Positions 46,842 to 60,680 of a DNA stretch of 64,000 bases are shown here, piece by piece (position 1 is the stretch's first letter; each line of letters begins with the position of its first letter). The notes under the pieces were generated by a model that saw only the letters and a list, made by a program, of their open reading frames with translations, made no database searches and had not been told where the DNA came from. Source of the DNA: Plasmodiophora brassicae (taxonomy: Eukaryota); assembly GCA_036867785.1 (NCBI GenBank), contig CP145414.1:62001-126000 (forward strand). The letters are read 5' to 3'. The position numbers and the translations under genes were made by a program.

Positions 46842-47989
46842 GGTCGCCTCCCAATGCATCGATCGGTCGTCGCGAAGCGGATCGGCTTTCCTGATATGGC
46901 TAAAAGGTCTGGCGCTGCCCTCAACAGCCCGCCCGGAGTCGGGGCCAGCCAGAAATAGCGCGGCCCAAAGCCCCCCGGCCGCTCGGGTCTCACGTGCAGT
47001 TCACGTCGCGGACGCGGCGCACCTGCCCGTCAGCAGGAGCGGACTGCTGCAGTTTTGCGCCCGGATTTCGGGAAACGCCAGGCCCCGATAAATTCAGCCA
47101 CGTTCGGCCCGGGGACCGCGGGATTACCGCGGCGCCTCCGCCACGTGCAGAATCCGGCCCCGACGAGCGACCGGTCCTACCCTCCTGCGTACGCACGCAG
47201 CTGCTGCCCGGAGCCGGGCGTCGACGCCCTGGTGCCTGCCGCGCCCGCCACCCTCGCTACGCTGTAGAATATACACGATGCCATCTCTTTACACACACAG
47301 GCCAGGTCTGATGTTTGGAAATACACGCGCGGGCGGCCAATCGGAAGTGCTCCGCGACGCGAATCGGACATGTACCAGGACCCGAGATGTGCTGTGGCAC
47401 AGGAGGTAACTTGACGTACGTACCGATCCGGATTCGACGTCGTCGGCGAGTACACATTGAGTTGGGGCGCATGCTGTTGGCGACCGGGTGCCAGCACGCC
47501 ACGTCGGGATGCGGCCAAATCATCTGTAATATGGGTTGCCGAATCGCCACCGCGGGAGCGAAATGCGGCATCTGCAGCGGGCGCCCGCGGTCACAACACC
47601 CATGGTCTTCGGGATGCGAAGCGTCACCTGCAGAGCGCGCGCGGGCGTCCGCGTCCGTGACGTCGTTCCGCGCGGTCCGCGGCACCGAGACCCGTTCCCA
47701 CGCGCGGCAACGCCCGGCGGCGGCGCGCTGTCCACGGGCACGTACGCGCATTCCCTCCCTCGTCGTCGGCCGCCATGTCCCACGCCAGACGGTTCGTTCA
47801 CGGCGTGCTGCTGGGCACCAACTGGCTGGACGACACGACGGGCGCACTGGTCTCGTCGGCCGGCACTGTAGCAGTCGGTCGCGAGTGGGGGCCGCGGGGA
47901 CAGGTTTTCGGGGCGCACCGGACTGGCGAGTGCGCCCACGGCGTTTGGCGTTGCGCGTCGATCGATTGCCGGGGCGCGCGTGTGCCGCG

Positions 47990-48905
47990 ATGAGGATGAT
48001 GGGGATCCGCGAGGTCTGGAGCGATAACCTCGTCGAGGAGCTCGACACGATCATGGAGATCATTGACCGGTACCCGTACGTGTCCGTCGACACGGAATTC
48101 CCCGGCGTCGTTATCCGCCCCATCACGTCGTTCAGCGGCGATTCGCCCATCCCCTACCGATACCAGATCGTTCGCGTGCGTACACGTGTACCGGACGCCG
48201 CATATCGTCGCGCTGTTTCGCTGACTCCTGCTTCGGCACAGTCGAACGTCGATTTCCTGCAACTGATCCAGGTCGCGTTCTCGTTCTGCGACGAGAACAA
48301 CAACAAACCGGACGGCGTCCACACGTGGCAGTTTAATTTGAAGTTCGATATCAAGTACGTGTGCATCCGTGCCGCCTCCCACGACATGCTCTGACATATG
48401 TGTGCGTGTGTTTCGCGTGCCTAGCTCTGATTTCTTCTCGCAAGACTCCATCGACATGTTGATCGGGGCGGGCATTGATTTCGGCAAGCTGGCGACGCGC
48501 GGCATTGACAGCCAGACGCTGGCCGAACAGCTGATCGTGTCCGGCCTGGTGCTGAACCCCGACGTCCAATGGCTAGCGTTCCATGCCGGGTTCGACTTCG
48601 CGTACCTGTTGCGGATGCTGTCGGGGCACCCGCTGCCGAAGACGCATGCCGCGTTCGTCGAGTTGCTGTCCATCTTCTTCCCGAACATCTACGACGTCAA
48701 GCAACTGATGCGATCCTGCGAGTCGCTGCATGGTGGCCTGGGCGGCCTGGCTGATGCCCTGCAGCTGACGCGGATCGGCCCCGAGCACCAGGCCGGGAGC
48801 GACGCCCTGCTCACCGCCGACGCCTTCTTCGCCATTCGATCCAAATACTTTGACAATGTCGTCGACCCCGACAAGTTCAAGGGCGCCATCTATGGCCTAA
48901 CATGA
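47990..48905 (+). CDS. CAF1: CCR4-NOT deadenylase CAF1/POP2 (3 exons)
   Basis: IREVWSDNL, VSVDTEFPGVV, WQFNLKFD, FHAGFDF, HQAGSDALLT. Confidence 0.95.
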
Positions 48906-49173
48906 GCGACTACATTCCGAACACCGTTGCAATGTCCTCGAACGAGCCCGATCTGTGTATTGCGGCACGCGCGTGTTCAGTTGTTGCTTCACCGGCTGCC
49001 CTGCAATCGGCAGTGTAATCCATGTCGGCATCGGCGAACGTCGACGCGATAGCAGACTGGTCGTATGTTGTGGTCAGTCGTCACGCGAGCGGTTAACGAC
49101 GTCCGTGCCGTGGCGGACTCCGTGGCGGACTCCGTGACCAAACGTGGACCTGCCCCTGGCGGTTCGTCCTGCA

Positions 49174-51221
49174 ATGGGTGCTCGTGCTCGACGTTCGTCA
49201 GGGAAGAATAGGCGGAAGCAGGCGGCCGCTGCTGTTGTGGCCGAGACCCTGCCCGAGGACGAGGTCGACGCGTTCTCGTCGGCGCGCGAGTTCGTCAACC
49301 TCGACGTCCATGATGATGCCCACGAGCAGGGCAGCGACGAGGACCAGGATGTCCTAGCGCTGAGCCTGTCCAGTGACGACGGTGATGATGACGACCGATA
49401 CGAGGACGAGGAGCTTGCCGTCGATGATGACGACGGGATGGTGGAGGACGACGACGACGATGCTGTCGAGGACGCGCAGTCGGAGCCAAAGGCGGACAGG
49501 CGCGCCCGCAAGATTGCCAAAGAGGAGGCCATCTCCAGCGCATGGGGCAAGAAACGGTTCGCATGCGTCCTGCTCTGTGCCTCCTCGTCGTACTCCGTTC
49601 CTGACAATGTGTTTCGTTCGCAGGGACATCTTCTACGGCAGCGAAGCCGCCGACTTTGAGATCGACTCGGAAGACGACGAGGAGGCCCTGGAGGAGGAGG
49701 CCGAAGCCATGCGCCTGCAGGCCAAGATGCTCGGCCAGGTCGACACGTCCGATTTCGGGATCGACGACGTCGCCGTACCGGCGCGATCCGCCGCCGACGA
49801 CGACAAGGACGCGACGACGGCCGCCCCGATCCGAAAGGACATGTCGTTGGCCAGCGCCGATGACCGCCTGCGCCAGATCGCCAAAGACGCGCCTGAACTG
49901 CTGGGCCTGCTCTCCGAGCTCGAGCGAACCATCGGTCAGCTGAGGGATAAGCTCCAGGCGCAAACGCAAGCGGTAACGCGGCACCACGTCTGCCCGAATC
50001 GCCCCGTCATCCGGTTCTGACTCCCCCGTGCCTGTGCAGGCGAACAGCGGCGAGGCCGACGTCAAGGACGGCGTGTCGTTGCTGGACGTCCAGCACCACC
50101 TGCTGATGCACTACTGCGTCACGTTGACGTTCTACCTGCTGCTGAAGGCGGAGGGGCGCGCGATCGCGTCGCACCCGGTCGTCAGGCGCCTCGTCGAGAT
50201 CCGCATGGCGCTCGAGCGCGTCCTGCCGCTGCGCGCCAAGCTCAAGTACCAGCTCGACAAGGTCGTGCGCGTCGTCCCGTCGTCCGACCCGCTGCGCTTC
50301 AAGCCGACGCTCGACGCCGACGATGACAACGACGATGGTGACGAACGCGCCGATCGGAAGCCGGACGACGCGGTCGCTGTACCGTCGTCGGACGTGTACG
50401 TGCCACCAAAGACGCGGGCGGTCCCGTACGACGACGGCGCCGACCAGCAGAAGCGGTTGTCTAAGGGCGCCCGTGCGCATGTGCTGAAGCGCCTTCGCGA
50501 ATCGGAGCTCATGCAGACGCTGCGCGACGAGTTCAGCGACGCGCCGACGCGTGCCGGCACCCATGCCGACGACGCCGACGCGGTCGAGCCGGATGACGTG
50601 CGCGAGCAGCGCCTGTTCGAGGAGGACAACTTCATCCGGATCGGGCCGGTCACGAAGAAGCAGAAGAAGGAGAAGAAGCCGGCGCCGGACGTCGACGCGT
50701 TCGATGACTTTGAGGACCTGGACGGGCTCCTGCGACGATCGAAACGCGACGACGACGAGCTACACGCGTTGCGAAAGGCGAAGGCGGCGGCGCGAGCGGC
50801 GATCCGGTCCCAGGAGGCGCGGAACGCTCCGTCCAGGCGTCGCGACGACGACGATGATGATGACGGCGGCAGCGACGACATGGCCATGTACGAAGCGGCG
50901 CGGGCGCGATCGATGCAGAAGAAGGTGGAGCGGGCGAAGAAGGCGGAGGCGGGCCGGAAGGCGAACCTGGTGCCGGCCGAGGCGGACGTCGCCGACGGGC
51001 GGCGGCAGGCGTCCGCCAAGATCGTCGACAACAAGGGCATCCGGCGGTACAGGAACAAGGAGGACAAGAACCCGCGCGTCAAGCACCGGCGGCGGTTCGA
51101 GAAGGCGGTCCAGAAGCGGAAGGGCCTCGTCAAAGAGTTCGCGGGCAGCGCGGCGGCCGGGTACGGCGGCGAACGCACCGGTATCAAGGCCAGCCTGTCG
51201 CGAAGCGTATCGCTCAAATAG
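49174..51221 (+). CDS. SAS10: SSU processome subunit Sas10/Utp3 (3 exons)
   Basis: AWGKK..FYG, APELLGLL, HPVVRRLVEIR, NKGI..NPRVKHR..YGGERTGIKASLSRSV. Confidence 0.92.
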
Positions 51222-51683
51222 AACGCGCTTGTCGCCCTGCTGTCGTCGACCCATGCGCGTGCACCCACCATGGCCATGTAGCGAGCAGCGCAGACGACGT
51301 TGCCGGCGCCCTGGGCCGCGTCCGTTCCTGTCGGCTCGTCGTTGACTGTCGGAACGTCGTCGACCCCGTCGGAATCGCTCTTGACAGACACGCCGTTCGA
51401 CGCACCCTAGGCGCTCCAGAGAAAGGCGCGTGAAGGACGACACTTCGCGCGACTGACGCGCCCCTGGCGACGCTACGATGCGACTGCTACCAGGATACTC
51501 ATTCGTGGAAGGCGCCATATGCTTATAGTAATTAGCAGTCTTAGCAACAACAAGGTAAGCACCTGGCGGCGTCCTACGCTCCAGCCCAATTCGGCAAGGC
51601 GCTTGTGATGGCATCGCGGCGAAGACGTGATTCGCACCTGGTGTCGGGTCACTGGACCAACAACGTCGGCGACGCCCACGACC

Positions 51684-52188
51684 ATGACGAGGCCGCCGGC
51701 GCCGAAGTCGAAGCAGCCGGTCCGTAAGGTCGTCGTTGCGAAGCAGCGTGCAGGTAAGCCCACCGCTTCGGACTCGAGTGGAGGTCGCGGGAAGGGCTTT
51801 CCGCAGTCTGAAACGGACAGTCTACTCGACGTAATCGAGGAACACCAGCCGCTCTGCACTGCGGAATGGGAGCATGTGCTTCGTGAGCAGCGTACGCGGT
51901 ACCCGATGCCAGATCGCAACGTCGTCGCGTTGAAGCGCAAGTTCTCGAAGCTCTACAGGACGTCTCCGCCTACCGGCGATCCTCATGTTCCGCCACATGT
52001 CGAGCGAGCGAAACGCATCCGTCACGCGATGAAGGAGAGGGCGGGCATTGAAGACATGAGTGCTGATCGATCTCAGCACTCATGTCTTCAATGCCCGCCC
52101 TCTCCTTCATCGCGTGACGGATGCGTTTCGCTCGCTCGACATGTGGCGGAACATGAGGATCGCCGGTAGGCGGAGACGTCCTGTAGAG
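51684..52188 (+). pseudogene. Myb/SANT-like (DUF6818-type) gene broken by a perfect fold-back
   Basis: LLDVIEEHQPL..EWEHV..LKRKFSKLY..PTGDPHVPPHVERAKRI; arms 51951-52066 and 52073-52188. Confidence 0.75.
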
Positions 52189-53080
52189 ACTGTAGAAGTA
52201 GAAGGGGCAACCTCTCCTGGCGTCTGGCGGAACGGAATTTGACGACGGCAATGACTGTGGACGATTGCTGCCGACGAGTGGGGAGTCCCCGCGAATCACA
52301 CCTCCCGCCGTGCTGGCCGACATGGGGATTCGTCGGTACAAGAGCCTTGCGAAACGGAGCGGGAACCACACCCCGTTGGCCCCACCTAGAGCAGTGGTCG
52401 TCGTCGCCAGTCCGAAACACATTCCAGGAGCGATTCCTTTGTCGACGGCACAGCAACAAGAGTCGGCGCCGATGGGTGCGTTGATCCCATTCGTCCGCCG
52501 TTCTAGAAACGTACGGCGATCGGTGTCGTCCGACGAAGCCAGGTGTCCGGCGTCCAGCCTGTCAACGCTATGCGAACGTACCGGTATGGGTTGCTTGACG
52601 CGTCTGTTCGTCGGTGGGCCATTTCGACAGCGCAGAGCGAACTCTCGCGATACGTGTCTGTTCAGCAACGGGGATCAACACGCGCTCTGGAACGAATTGC
52701 ATCCCGGCGCTAATCATTCGGGTCGTCGCAGAAATCAAATCAGTAAGCGTGCGACAGATCACAGCCCGCTGGCTGAATTGTAGCCCGAGCAAGAGGTCTC
52801 GAATCCACACAAACGCAGACGACGCTTCGAGCAAGCCCAGGAGCAGTCGTAGGACTGAGCACACGTCGAGAGCCAACTCTGTAACCGCCATCGATGCAAT
52901 ACGCCACGACAAGACAGGGCAGCACCGAGTGCAGCAAGCAGGACCGGGCAGACGCAAGAGAAGGGGGGGGGGCGATGAGCGCAAGAATCCGGGTGACAGA
53001 GTAGCCGTTATAAAGACATGGACGATACATAAACACGTATGCAATCACAGAGAGGTGGGGGACGGGCGGGGGGACGGCGG

Positions 53081-54526
53081 TCACCCGAATCGGCTTGCCG
53101 GCCGGATCTTGCAATCCGACTTCAAGTGTCCATCCTGGCGACAATAGAGACAGGCGCCACGTTCGATCAATTCGCGTCGGTCGGCCTCGGTCAGGCGCAT
53201 CGACTTGCGAGGCGGCCCGGTTCGGGATCGGTCCTGGCCGCCCCGGTGGTGGTCGGCATCGCTGTGAAATTGCCGCTTGTTGCGTCGGTCATCAAGGGAC
53301 GTCTGCCGTCCTGGGGAACGCGACCTGGACCGCTGCCGGAATTGCGGGACGCTGTCAGGGAGCAACTGGGAAGGCGCTGTCGGCGTCAAGGCAGCGGCAT
53401 CACGGGGCCCTGATCCATTGCGACCCGGTCGAGAGTGGCCCTGCTGCCGAGAGGGCTGACGTGAACCCGACCCAGAGGCGGGCATGACGACGTTTGACGA
53501 CGTTTCGATATGCTTCGGCGAAGCCGTCCTCGACGTGGACGCGGCCGCGGAAGCCTCACTGCACGATGCACGCAGGTCACCGCTCAGTACGACACATGAG
53601 GACGACGCCACAGACTTACGCGAACCGCTGGCCGTGGTGCGCCCAGTTGTCGAGAATGCGTCGGGCGACAATGTTGACGTCCTTGTTCTGTGCTTGAACG
53701 GCCATCTGCAGGACGAGTTTGGCCGCCGCCGTATAGTCGACGCCGTCGTCGACAAGCGGCAGCAGGTCGACAAGAATCAGCACGTCCTGGACGAACGTGA
53801 TCGGGTGCGGATGGTCGGCCTGTCGAGCGGCGTCGAATTCATGGCGAACCCAGCCCGCCATCTCGTCAAAGAACGTCATCCCGTCCGGGTACATGCACTT
53901 CTGAAGCCTGCGTCGGCGCCGAACGCCAATCAGCACACGCACGACACACGGGGCCCGAATACGACGAGTACGCACGTGATCAGGTCGGCGCGACTGAAGT
54001 ACCGAGTGGCGTACTGCAGGAACGAAGGACGTTCCTGGGGTGGCAGCTGCTGCAGCATGGCACAGCCGATGTCGGCATTGCTGTGCGCGAACAGCGTCTG
54101 TACGGTCAAGGTCGTCTCGGCGCCATTGTTCACGGGCGGTGACGGCTGCGGCTGCTGCTGCTGCTGCTGCTGCTTCTCTACAGGGGGCTTATGCTTCTTG
54201 CTGCTGGAGTGCGGTGGCGACGACGAGATCGACCCGTCGTCGTCGGACGTGATCGAATGCAGGAGCGTCTGGGCGGAGTCGATGCGTGCGCGCGTGTCAA
54301 CAATGTCGACGACGACGGGGCGCGTCGCGAACTGCGACGGCGCCTGCTGCGACTCGAACTCGTCGATGAACGCGCCGAACCCGTGCAGGCGGATGTCGTC
54401 CTCGGCCACCCACGAGTCCGGGAGGCGGGCACCCGCCTCCCAGCGCACCAGGTACTGCACGTGGCCATCGGCGACCACCCGACGATCCGTGATGGCCGTC
54501 ACCGCCCACGGCCGCTCCTCCGTCAT
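53081..54526 (-). CDS. Chromodomain + helical (TFIIS-N-like) + CCHC zinc-knuckle protein
   Basis: WAVTAITDRR..QYLVRWE..DSWV; VARRILDNW; RS-rich tract; GACLYCRQDGHLKSDC. Confidence 0.65.
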
Positions 54527-54741
54527 GACTGCCCCCCGACGACGATTGAAAAATGACGCCCGCTCGACGATTGGGAGAGCGCCGCACCACTCGCCTCCAA
54601 TTTGATTCGCCGCCCGCCGCCCGCGTGCTGCCCCAAAAAAGTCCGCCGACCGCCGCGGCCCGCGATTTTTGACTGACTGACTGAGCAATACAACGGCAGA
54701 AGGAGAAGGCGCCTCCTGGCACTGAAGTACCGCCGCCGCCT

Positions 54742-57700
54742 CTAGAAGAACTCGGACCGTGTACGAACATGCTTAGGGTCGCCCTTGTGTTTGACGTGGC
54801 GGTTGAACCAGCGCGTCATTTCCCAGATGACGTGGCCGGCCGATTCCCGCGACTTGTAGTGGTGGCTCTCGCAGGGCAGGCAGACGAAGCGCGCGGGCGC
54901 CTTGCCGTGGCCCTTCAGCGCGGCGAACATGCGCTCGGACTGCATGGGGTACGTGCCCGTGTTGTTGTCGGCGGCGCCGTGGATCAGCAGCAGCGGGGAC
55001 TTGATGCGATCGGCGGCCATGTACGGCGACATCTTGTAGTAGACCTCGGGCGCCTGCCACAGCGTGCGTTCTTCCCGCTGGAAGCCGTTCGGCGTCAGCG
55101 TGCGATTGTACGCACCGCTGCGGGCGATCCCGGCCGCGAACAGGTTCGAATGAGCCACCAGGTTCGCCGTCATGAACGCGCCGTCTGGATTGAAAACGAA
55201 CACTGAACACTCACGGCCATCGAACTCAGCGGGGGTACCACGCCTTACAGGAATGACCACCGATGCCAATGCGTTCGCGGTCAGCAACGCCAATGTCGAC
55301 TAGATGTTCGACGGCGGCACGTGCGTTGGCAACCAGCTGCTCGACGTACGTATCGTTCGGTTCCGCATCGCCTTCGGCAACAATTGGCATGGTCATGCGA
55401 TCCAGCACAGCGTATCCTTCGAGCAGGAAGAACAACGACGGTCTGCCGTCGAACGTGAACGTATACGGCGATCCTTGTGTCTGGCCCGCTGCCTCCTTTG
55501 ATTTAAACTCCTGTTGTGATCACACCGGCAATCTGTCAGAGTTGTCGAATCGTCAATCAGGGTGGCCCACAGGGCGACGCGGCAACCCGCATACCCTGGG
55601 ATACGCCCACAGCACCGTTGGCAACGCTTGACCGTCGAAATTGGGAGGCCGATACAGGTACCCGCTAAGTTCGACACCGTCTTCCCGCTTGTAATGGACG
55701 AGTTCCGGTTTTACGTTGCGCAGCTCAGGGCACGGGTGTGGCGTCGACGTGACCGCGATATCTGGTGTGCTACCGGCGACGTCCACTAAGCACCCCCTTC
55801 CGTCAGACGGAAGGTCATACGCGGCAATTGTAAACGCGCGTACCAATAAACATGTTGGGAGGGTCCGAAGCGGATTCCCTCCGGATAAGCAACGCCGACG
55901 GCGATATGACAGTAATAACCGATTCGTAGTTTGGCGGCCTCGACTGCCATACCCGATGCGATGTCTTTGTCGCTACACAGTTGAGCACGTCACATATCAG
56001 CGCACTGGGGACGCGACACTGGCGGAACGGACCCAGGTCGAACTGGTCGTAAAACGGCCGGTCGCCTTCTGGCGATGCGCCGTCACCCACCAGGTCGATT
56101 ATCGGCCCGCTGCCCGGAACGGACCGTGCATTCAGCACGCGGGCGCCGTTCGCCAACGTGTGCATCTGAGGCTGACCCGGATCGGTGTACCGATCCTCAT
56201 ACGATCCTGTCCATACTAACGACGTCTACGTGAAACGAATCAGTTAGACAGTGGACGAACCACAAAGCCTGTCCCGAACGTACTTTCGGCGCCTTGCCGT
56301 CATCGCCGAACTGAACGAGCCACGTAGTGGACTGTCGTGTCTTCACCCACTTCTCTGTGACCAAGGCCAGCGACAGCTCCGGCGGCGCGAAGCGTAACTC
56401 TTTGAACCGGAACTTCAGCGAACACACGAACGTTGGTGCCGAACGGAACGGCGCGGACAGCGACCACACGACGTCCCGTACGCCGTCCGGCGGTACGACC
56501 TTGGGGTCACCGGCATCTACATTGCAGAAGGCCCACGTCATTCAGTGCCATGCAAACGTCATGACATGGACCGGACCTTGTGCCTCCACCCAAGTCAGCG
56601 TCGACGCCGCATCGGCCCGCCAGGACACATGGCGAGGTCCAACGCGACACGCATCGAAACTGACCGGAACAGAATCGGCCAGCTGGAGCGTAACCAGGTC
56701 ACGAACCTGCACCGGCAGGAGAGGCTCAGCCAGAAGCAAACAGCAACGCATCATCCGCGAACCGACCAGGGGAGCCTGTGGCGTGAGCAGATGCACCGAT
56801 ATGCGCATTGGGAACCGTTGCCACAGAACAAAGTACGAGAACGGCCGAAGGATCGTCTTAACAAGAAGGTACCGGCCATCGGGCGACGGTTGCACCGAGC
56901 GCAGCAGCCCCGATATCGGCAATAACACGCAGTCGCCGGTGATCCTGGCATGAACCACCTGCGAAGAGCAATAATACCTGCAGCCCCCGCGTCAGGCAAC
57001 GTTTCGGCACGTGAGCACGGCAGCGTACTCAAATAATCGGCAGTCGAAGGAATCCTTCAGCAGGTCCTGGTAGGTGCGGTCGCCGCCCGCACGTCGCTTG
57101 ACGTCGTGTCCGAGACCGCTCTCCAGCACGACGGGCCCGGTCGGCACCTGAGGGCGCTCAGGGACGGGGCCCCGATCGACCCTGGGCGTACGAAACAGCA
57201 ACCCGGTGGAGTCGGGCAGCCACGTGTACGTCTTGCCGAGCACCTTGCAGACCGGGTACCAACTGACCCTGGCCAGCGCCATGGTGGTCGTGTCGACCGC
57301 ATACAGGAGGATCGGGTTCGGGACCGAGTCCGTCGCCGCGTCATCACAGGCGGGCGCTCGCACCACCATGGCCAGGTACCTGCTGTCCGGCGAGAAGACG
57401 CATTCGCTGATGCGCGATTCGTGCGGCAGCGCGATACGATGATGACGAACGGGGCTGGCCTGCAGGTCGACAATGACCAGGCCGCTGTGGACCGTGTCGC
57501 GGGAGGCGCTGTTCGTGTGCCGATGCAGTCGGAAGCCGGCCAGAGGGACCTCCGGAAGCGACAGCGCGTAGAGCGACCGGAATCGGTCCGATTCGAGAAC
57601 GGCCAGGTACCGACGGTCAGGGCTAGTACACTGCGTCGGGAACGGCGGCGCGTCCAGCAGGCCGCGAAGCGCTTCCGGCGCATCCTTGTACTTGTAATCG

Positions 57701-57852
57701 GGGACGGCCGCCCGCACGTCATCGCTGTCGCTGTCCGACCCGTCGCCGACCGACTCCGGCTGGACAGCGCTGCTGTACGACGTCGACGCGTGGACCGCGT
57801 CGTCGAATCCGCTCGACGCGTCCGTGCACGTCGCCCGCTCCGCCGTCGCCAT
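54742..57852 (-). CDS. Peptidase S9, glutamyl endopeptidase-like (multi-exon)
   Basis: RTYQDLLK, YKREDGVELSG.LY.P, GGHS|YGAFMTANL across an intron, IARSGAYNRTLTP.GFQ.E.RTLW, IHGAADNNTGT, ESHHY. Confidence 0.92.
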
Positions 57853-58366
57853 GACGACGTGTCGACCCGACGCGCGCCCGCCCCGGCCCACCCCCCGACG
57901 CGACCAAAATCCCGAATGCCGAGCTGGGCACGATCGGGTTGCTATTTACAGCGCCGACCCGCGCCGCCGCCCCCCCCCCCCCCCCCCCCCCCCCGTCCAA
58001 AACGACGGGCGCGCGCGCGCCTCCCACTGCCGCCAGTGCAGTTGCCCTGTCCGGAGCTGCAGCCCGCAGTCCGACCTGCGACAGGGTACACCCGGCCGGC
58101 ACGCCATCGCTCAAGATACGGTGGTGGAGGAACGCGCATCGCGACCGGAGCCCTTTACGACGTTGCCTGGCTGGTGAATGCAACAGCAGCCAGAGGCTGT
58201 GGAACACCCCTGGCTGGGCGCACGTACGCTGTATGTATTTCTACCTGGGTCGTTCGACACGGCCGGAGACGATCCAGATATTTCGTGACGGCCCGTAGGT
58301 ACCTCCGACACGGGGATCGGTCATAGTGGTAAACGTGGTGGGTACGTTCAGCGTCGGCGTTCGTGT

Positions 58367-59095
58367 GTGATGATTCGCTTCCTGGTGTTCGCGTGGTCGG
58401 TCGCGGTCGCGGTCTGCACGTGGGCCGCCCTGGCGGTCCTGGCCTGGGTCGCCGACGTGCTGTGCGACGTCGCGTACCTGTTTCTCAAGGTGGCGTTCGG
58501 CGACGAACGTGCTGACGCTTGGACGGCGGCCGTCTCGGAGGCATTGGTCGATAGGCGCGAGGACGCCAGGGCGCGCGTGGAGGTCAGGGCGGGTCTAACG
58601 ACGACGACGAGCGCCCCCGATATGTTCGTCGCCATCGGCCACCAGCTCGTCGAGCGCGCCTTCCAGGGCATTGTCCACTTCCCGCCGTTCGTCCTGCTCA
58701 AAGAGACTGCCAAGGCGTGTGCCACCAAGGCGCGCAAGCCCCTGGACCGGTGCCTCGTCGTGGGCAAGTTCGCCAGAGACCGACTGATGGACTGGCACCC
58801 TGTCGCTCACTGGACGACGTCGTCGTCGCCGGCCGCCCTGGTCAAATACGCTGTCGACAAGTGTGCCCCGGCCATGGCAATGCTGTTCGACGACGCCGTG
58901 GCCGACGCCTGCAAGGTTCGTATAATGAGGCTGATTGGGGTGACCGATCGTTCGGCAAAGGCGGCTGCCGAGGAGCAGCAGAAGCACCAGCCCGTCGCGA
59001 ACAAGCGGAAACGGACGACGAAGAACGGGAAGAGGGGCAAGTGCAAGGGCGTGTCCCGGAAGCTGCCCAAGATGGCCAAGGCTGTTCACGTATGA
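58367..59095 (+). CDS. Hypothetical protein, hydrophobic N-terminus and basic C-terminus
   Basis: 242-aa ORF with coding-like codon use; no family recognised. Confidence 0.5.
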   Translation: MMIRFLVFAWSVAVAVCTWAALAVLAWVADVLCDVAYLFLKVAFGDERADAWTAAVSEALVDRREDARARVEVRAGLTTTTSAPDMFVAIGHQLVERAFQGIVHFPPFVLLKETAKACATKARKPLDRCLVVGKFARDRLMDWHPVAHWTTSSSPAALVKYAVDKCAPAMAMLFDDAVADACKVRIMRLIGVTDRSAKAAAEEQQKHQPVANKRKRTTKNGKRGKCKGVSRKLPKMAKAVHV

Positions 59096-59542
59096 ATCAT
59101 CCCATACCGATGAACGATAATTGTACGCGCCTGGATGTGTCCCAGCAGAGCCACTCGCGTGTCACTGGCAAGCAGAGGAAATCGGGCGTCCCAGCGAGAC
59201 GCCGATCGTAGTGTGCACTGTGACGACAATAGTTGTATTCCGGTTGGGATATGGCAGCGCGACGTCGTGTGTTAGGACGACAGGCATTCCCGCAGCTCTT
59301 TCCGAAGCGCCTGCATGCGTTTCATGTACGAGTACAGGACCTGTCGCCCGGTCGCCGTTCCGCCTTGAAGCGGCTCATCGCCGAACTGCTCCTGAAACGG
59401 ATATAACAATGTCAGAACGGGGTACCCGTTGGCCCAAGGCGACGTACCTCGCCAGCCATCATGTCCTTGAGGGCTTTCGACGCGACACAGAACCTGGACA
59501 GTGCCCTCAGCTGTTCACTGGGCCGATCGCCTGCGACAAGCA

Positions 59543-60680
59543 TCAGACTCTGACAGGACCGTGCCACGAAGGCGCATACCTTCGTCGACTTTGCTGACGA
59601 GGAGCTGAGCGGCCTGCACAACATCGGATGACAGCAGCGCTACGTTCGACAGGAACGTCTGTGAACGCAGGGGCGTTTAGCATTCCGGCACGAGAACATG
59701 GGAAACCGGTACGCCGACCTCGGCGAACGGTTCGTCCTCCATCTGGTAGTCCCGGGTGACGAATCGGCACAGGAAGGACATGGTCTGGATGGACAGATCG
59801 AGGAGTTTCGCTAAGGCGGGTCGGCTCTTCCGTCGACGCAGACTGAGCCGCCCAGGGGACCTACAGCGCTGAGTGTTACTACGCGGCGAGATAGGCTGAC
59901 AGACACGGCGTACAGGTTCTCATCGAACTTCGTGACGGCGCCCGGTAACCTCTGCAGCGAAGCCAGATGCTTCCGTACTAGACTCGAACAGAGATCAAGC
60001 GTTGTCGCCGAAATCGAGCAGCACGACACGGCGTGTTGCAGCTGGCTCAGGATACTTGTGGCCTCCCGTCCTGCAACGGGCGCGTCAGCACATATAACAA
60101 GCACACACACATACACACGGCGCTGACGGTTATCGGAATCCAGTTTCTTGAACGCCGCACCGAGGTCAGTCAAGACGCGAGCCGACTCCTCCGTCAGTTT
60201 CCGCTTCAGCAATTTGCTGGCCGAAAATCGGGCTCGCCGCACCGCCATCTCGAAGGCATGCAGACGAACGGCCAGGTCAAGCGTCCGGGAATGCAACGCC
60301 CCGTCGTCGCCGGACGGTTCGGAAACGACTACGCGCAGAACACAGCCGTTCATGAGCGTGAACCTGGTCGAATATCGTTACGGTCGCTTACGAGCAAGAG
60401 CCTTGGCAACCAGGGCTTCACAGTGCCGGTATAAATTATCGTGCTCCAGTTCGGAGAACCTGTCCAGGTCGGCATCGACACCGGCGCTGGATGGCATCAG
60501 CCGCCTCCACGCCTCGACGATCGTTTTCGCCTGCGGCAATCCCGGGCGCGCCGGGTACGGCAGCGGCAACGCCAGCCCGTCGTGGCAGCCGCGGGCGACC
60601 TCGGCCAGCAACCCGTACACCCGACAGCTCTTCGACGCTGCGCCCTCCGCAGCCGGCTTCGACGCCCTGCGTGACGACAT
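59543..60680 (-). CDS. Hypothetical multi-exon protein
   Basis: ORF segments 60378-60680, 59811-60353 and 59543-59770 separated by plausible GT-AG introns; 3' end uncertain. Confidence 0.4.

Noticed and set aside
47315-47989. Long N-terminal extension of CAF1
   Set aside because: Non-ATG start and no homology; the conserved start is at ~47990.
50132-51614. Long minus-strand ORFs (419 and 284 aa)
   Set aside because: Shadows of GC-rich SAS10 coding sequence.
57970-57994. 25-nt poly-C tract (similar G runs near 35131, 40815, 52963)
   Set aside because: Simple homopolymers of unreliable length; no evidence of function.
57106-58326. 406-aa plus-strand ORF
   Set aside because: Antisense to the S9 peptidase, low-complexity Arg/Pro content and no motifs.
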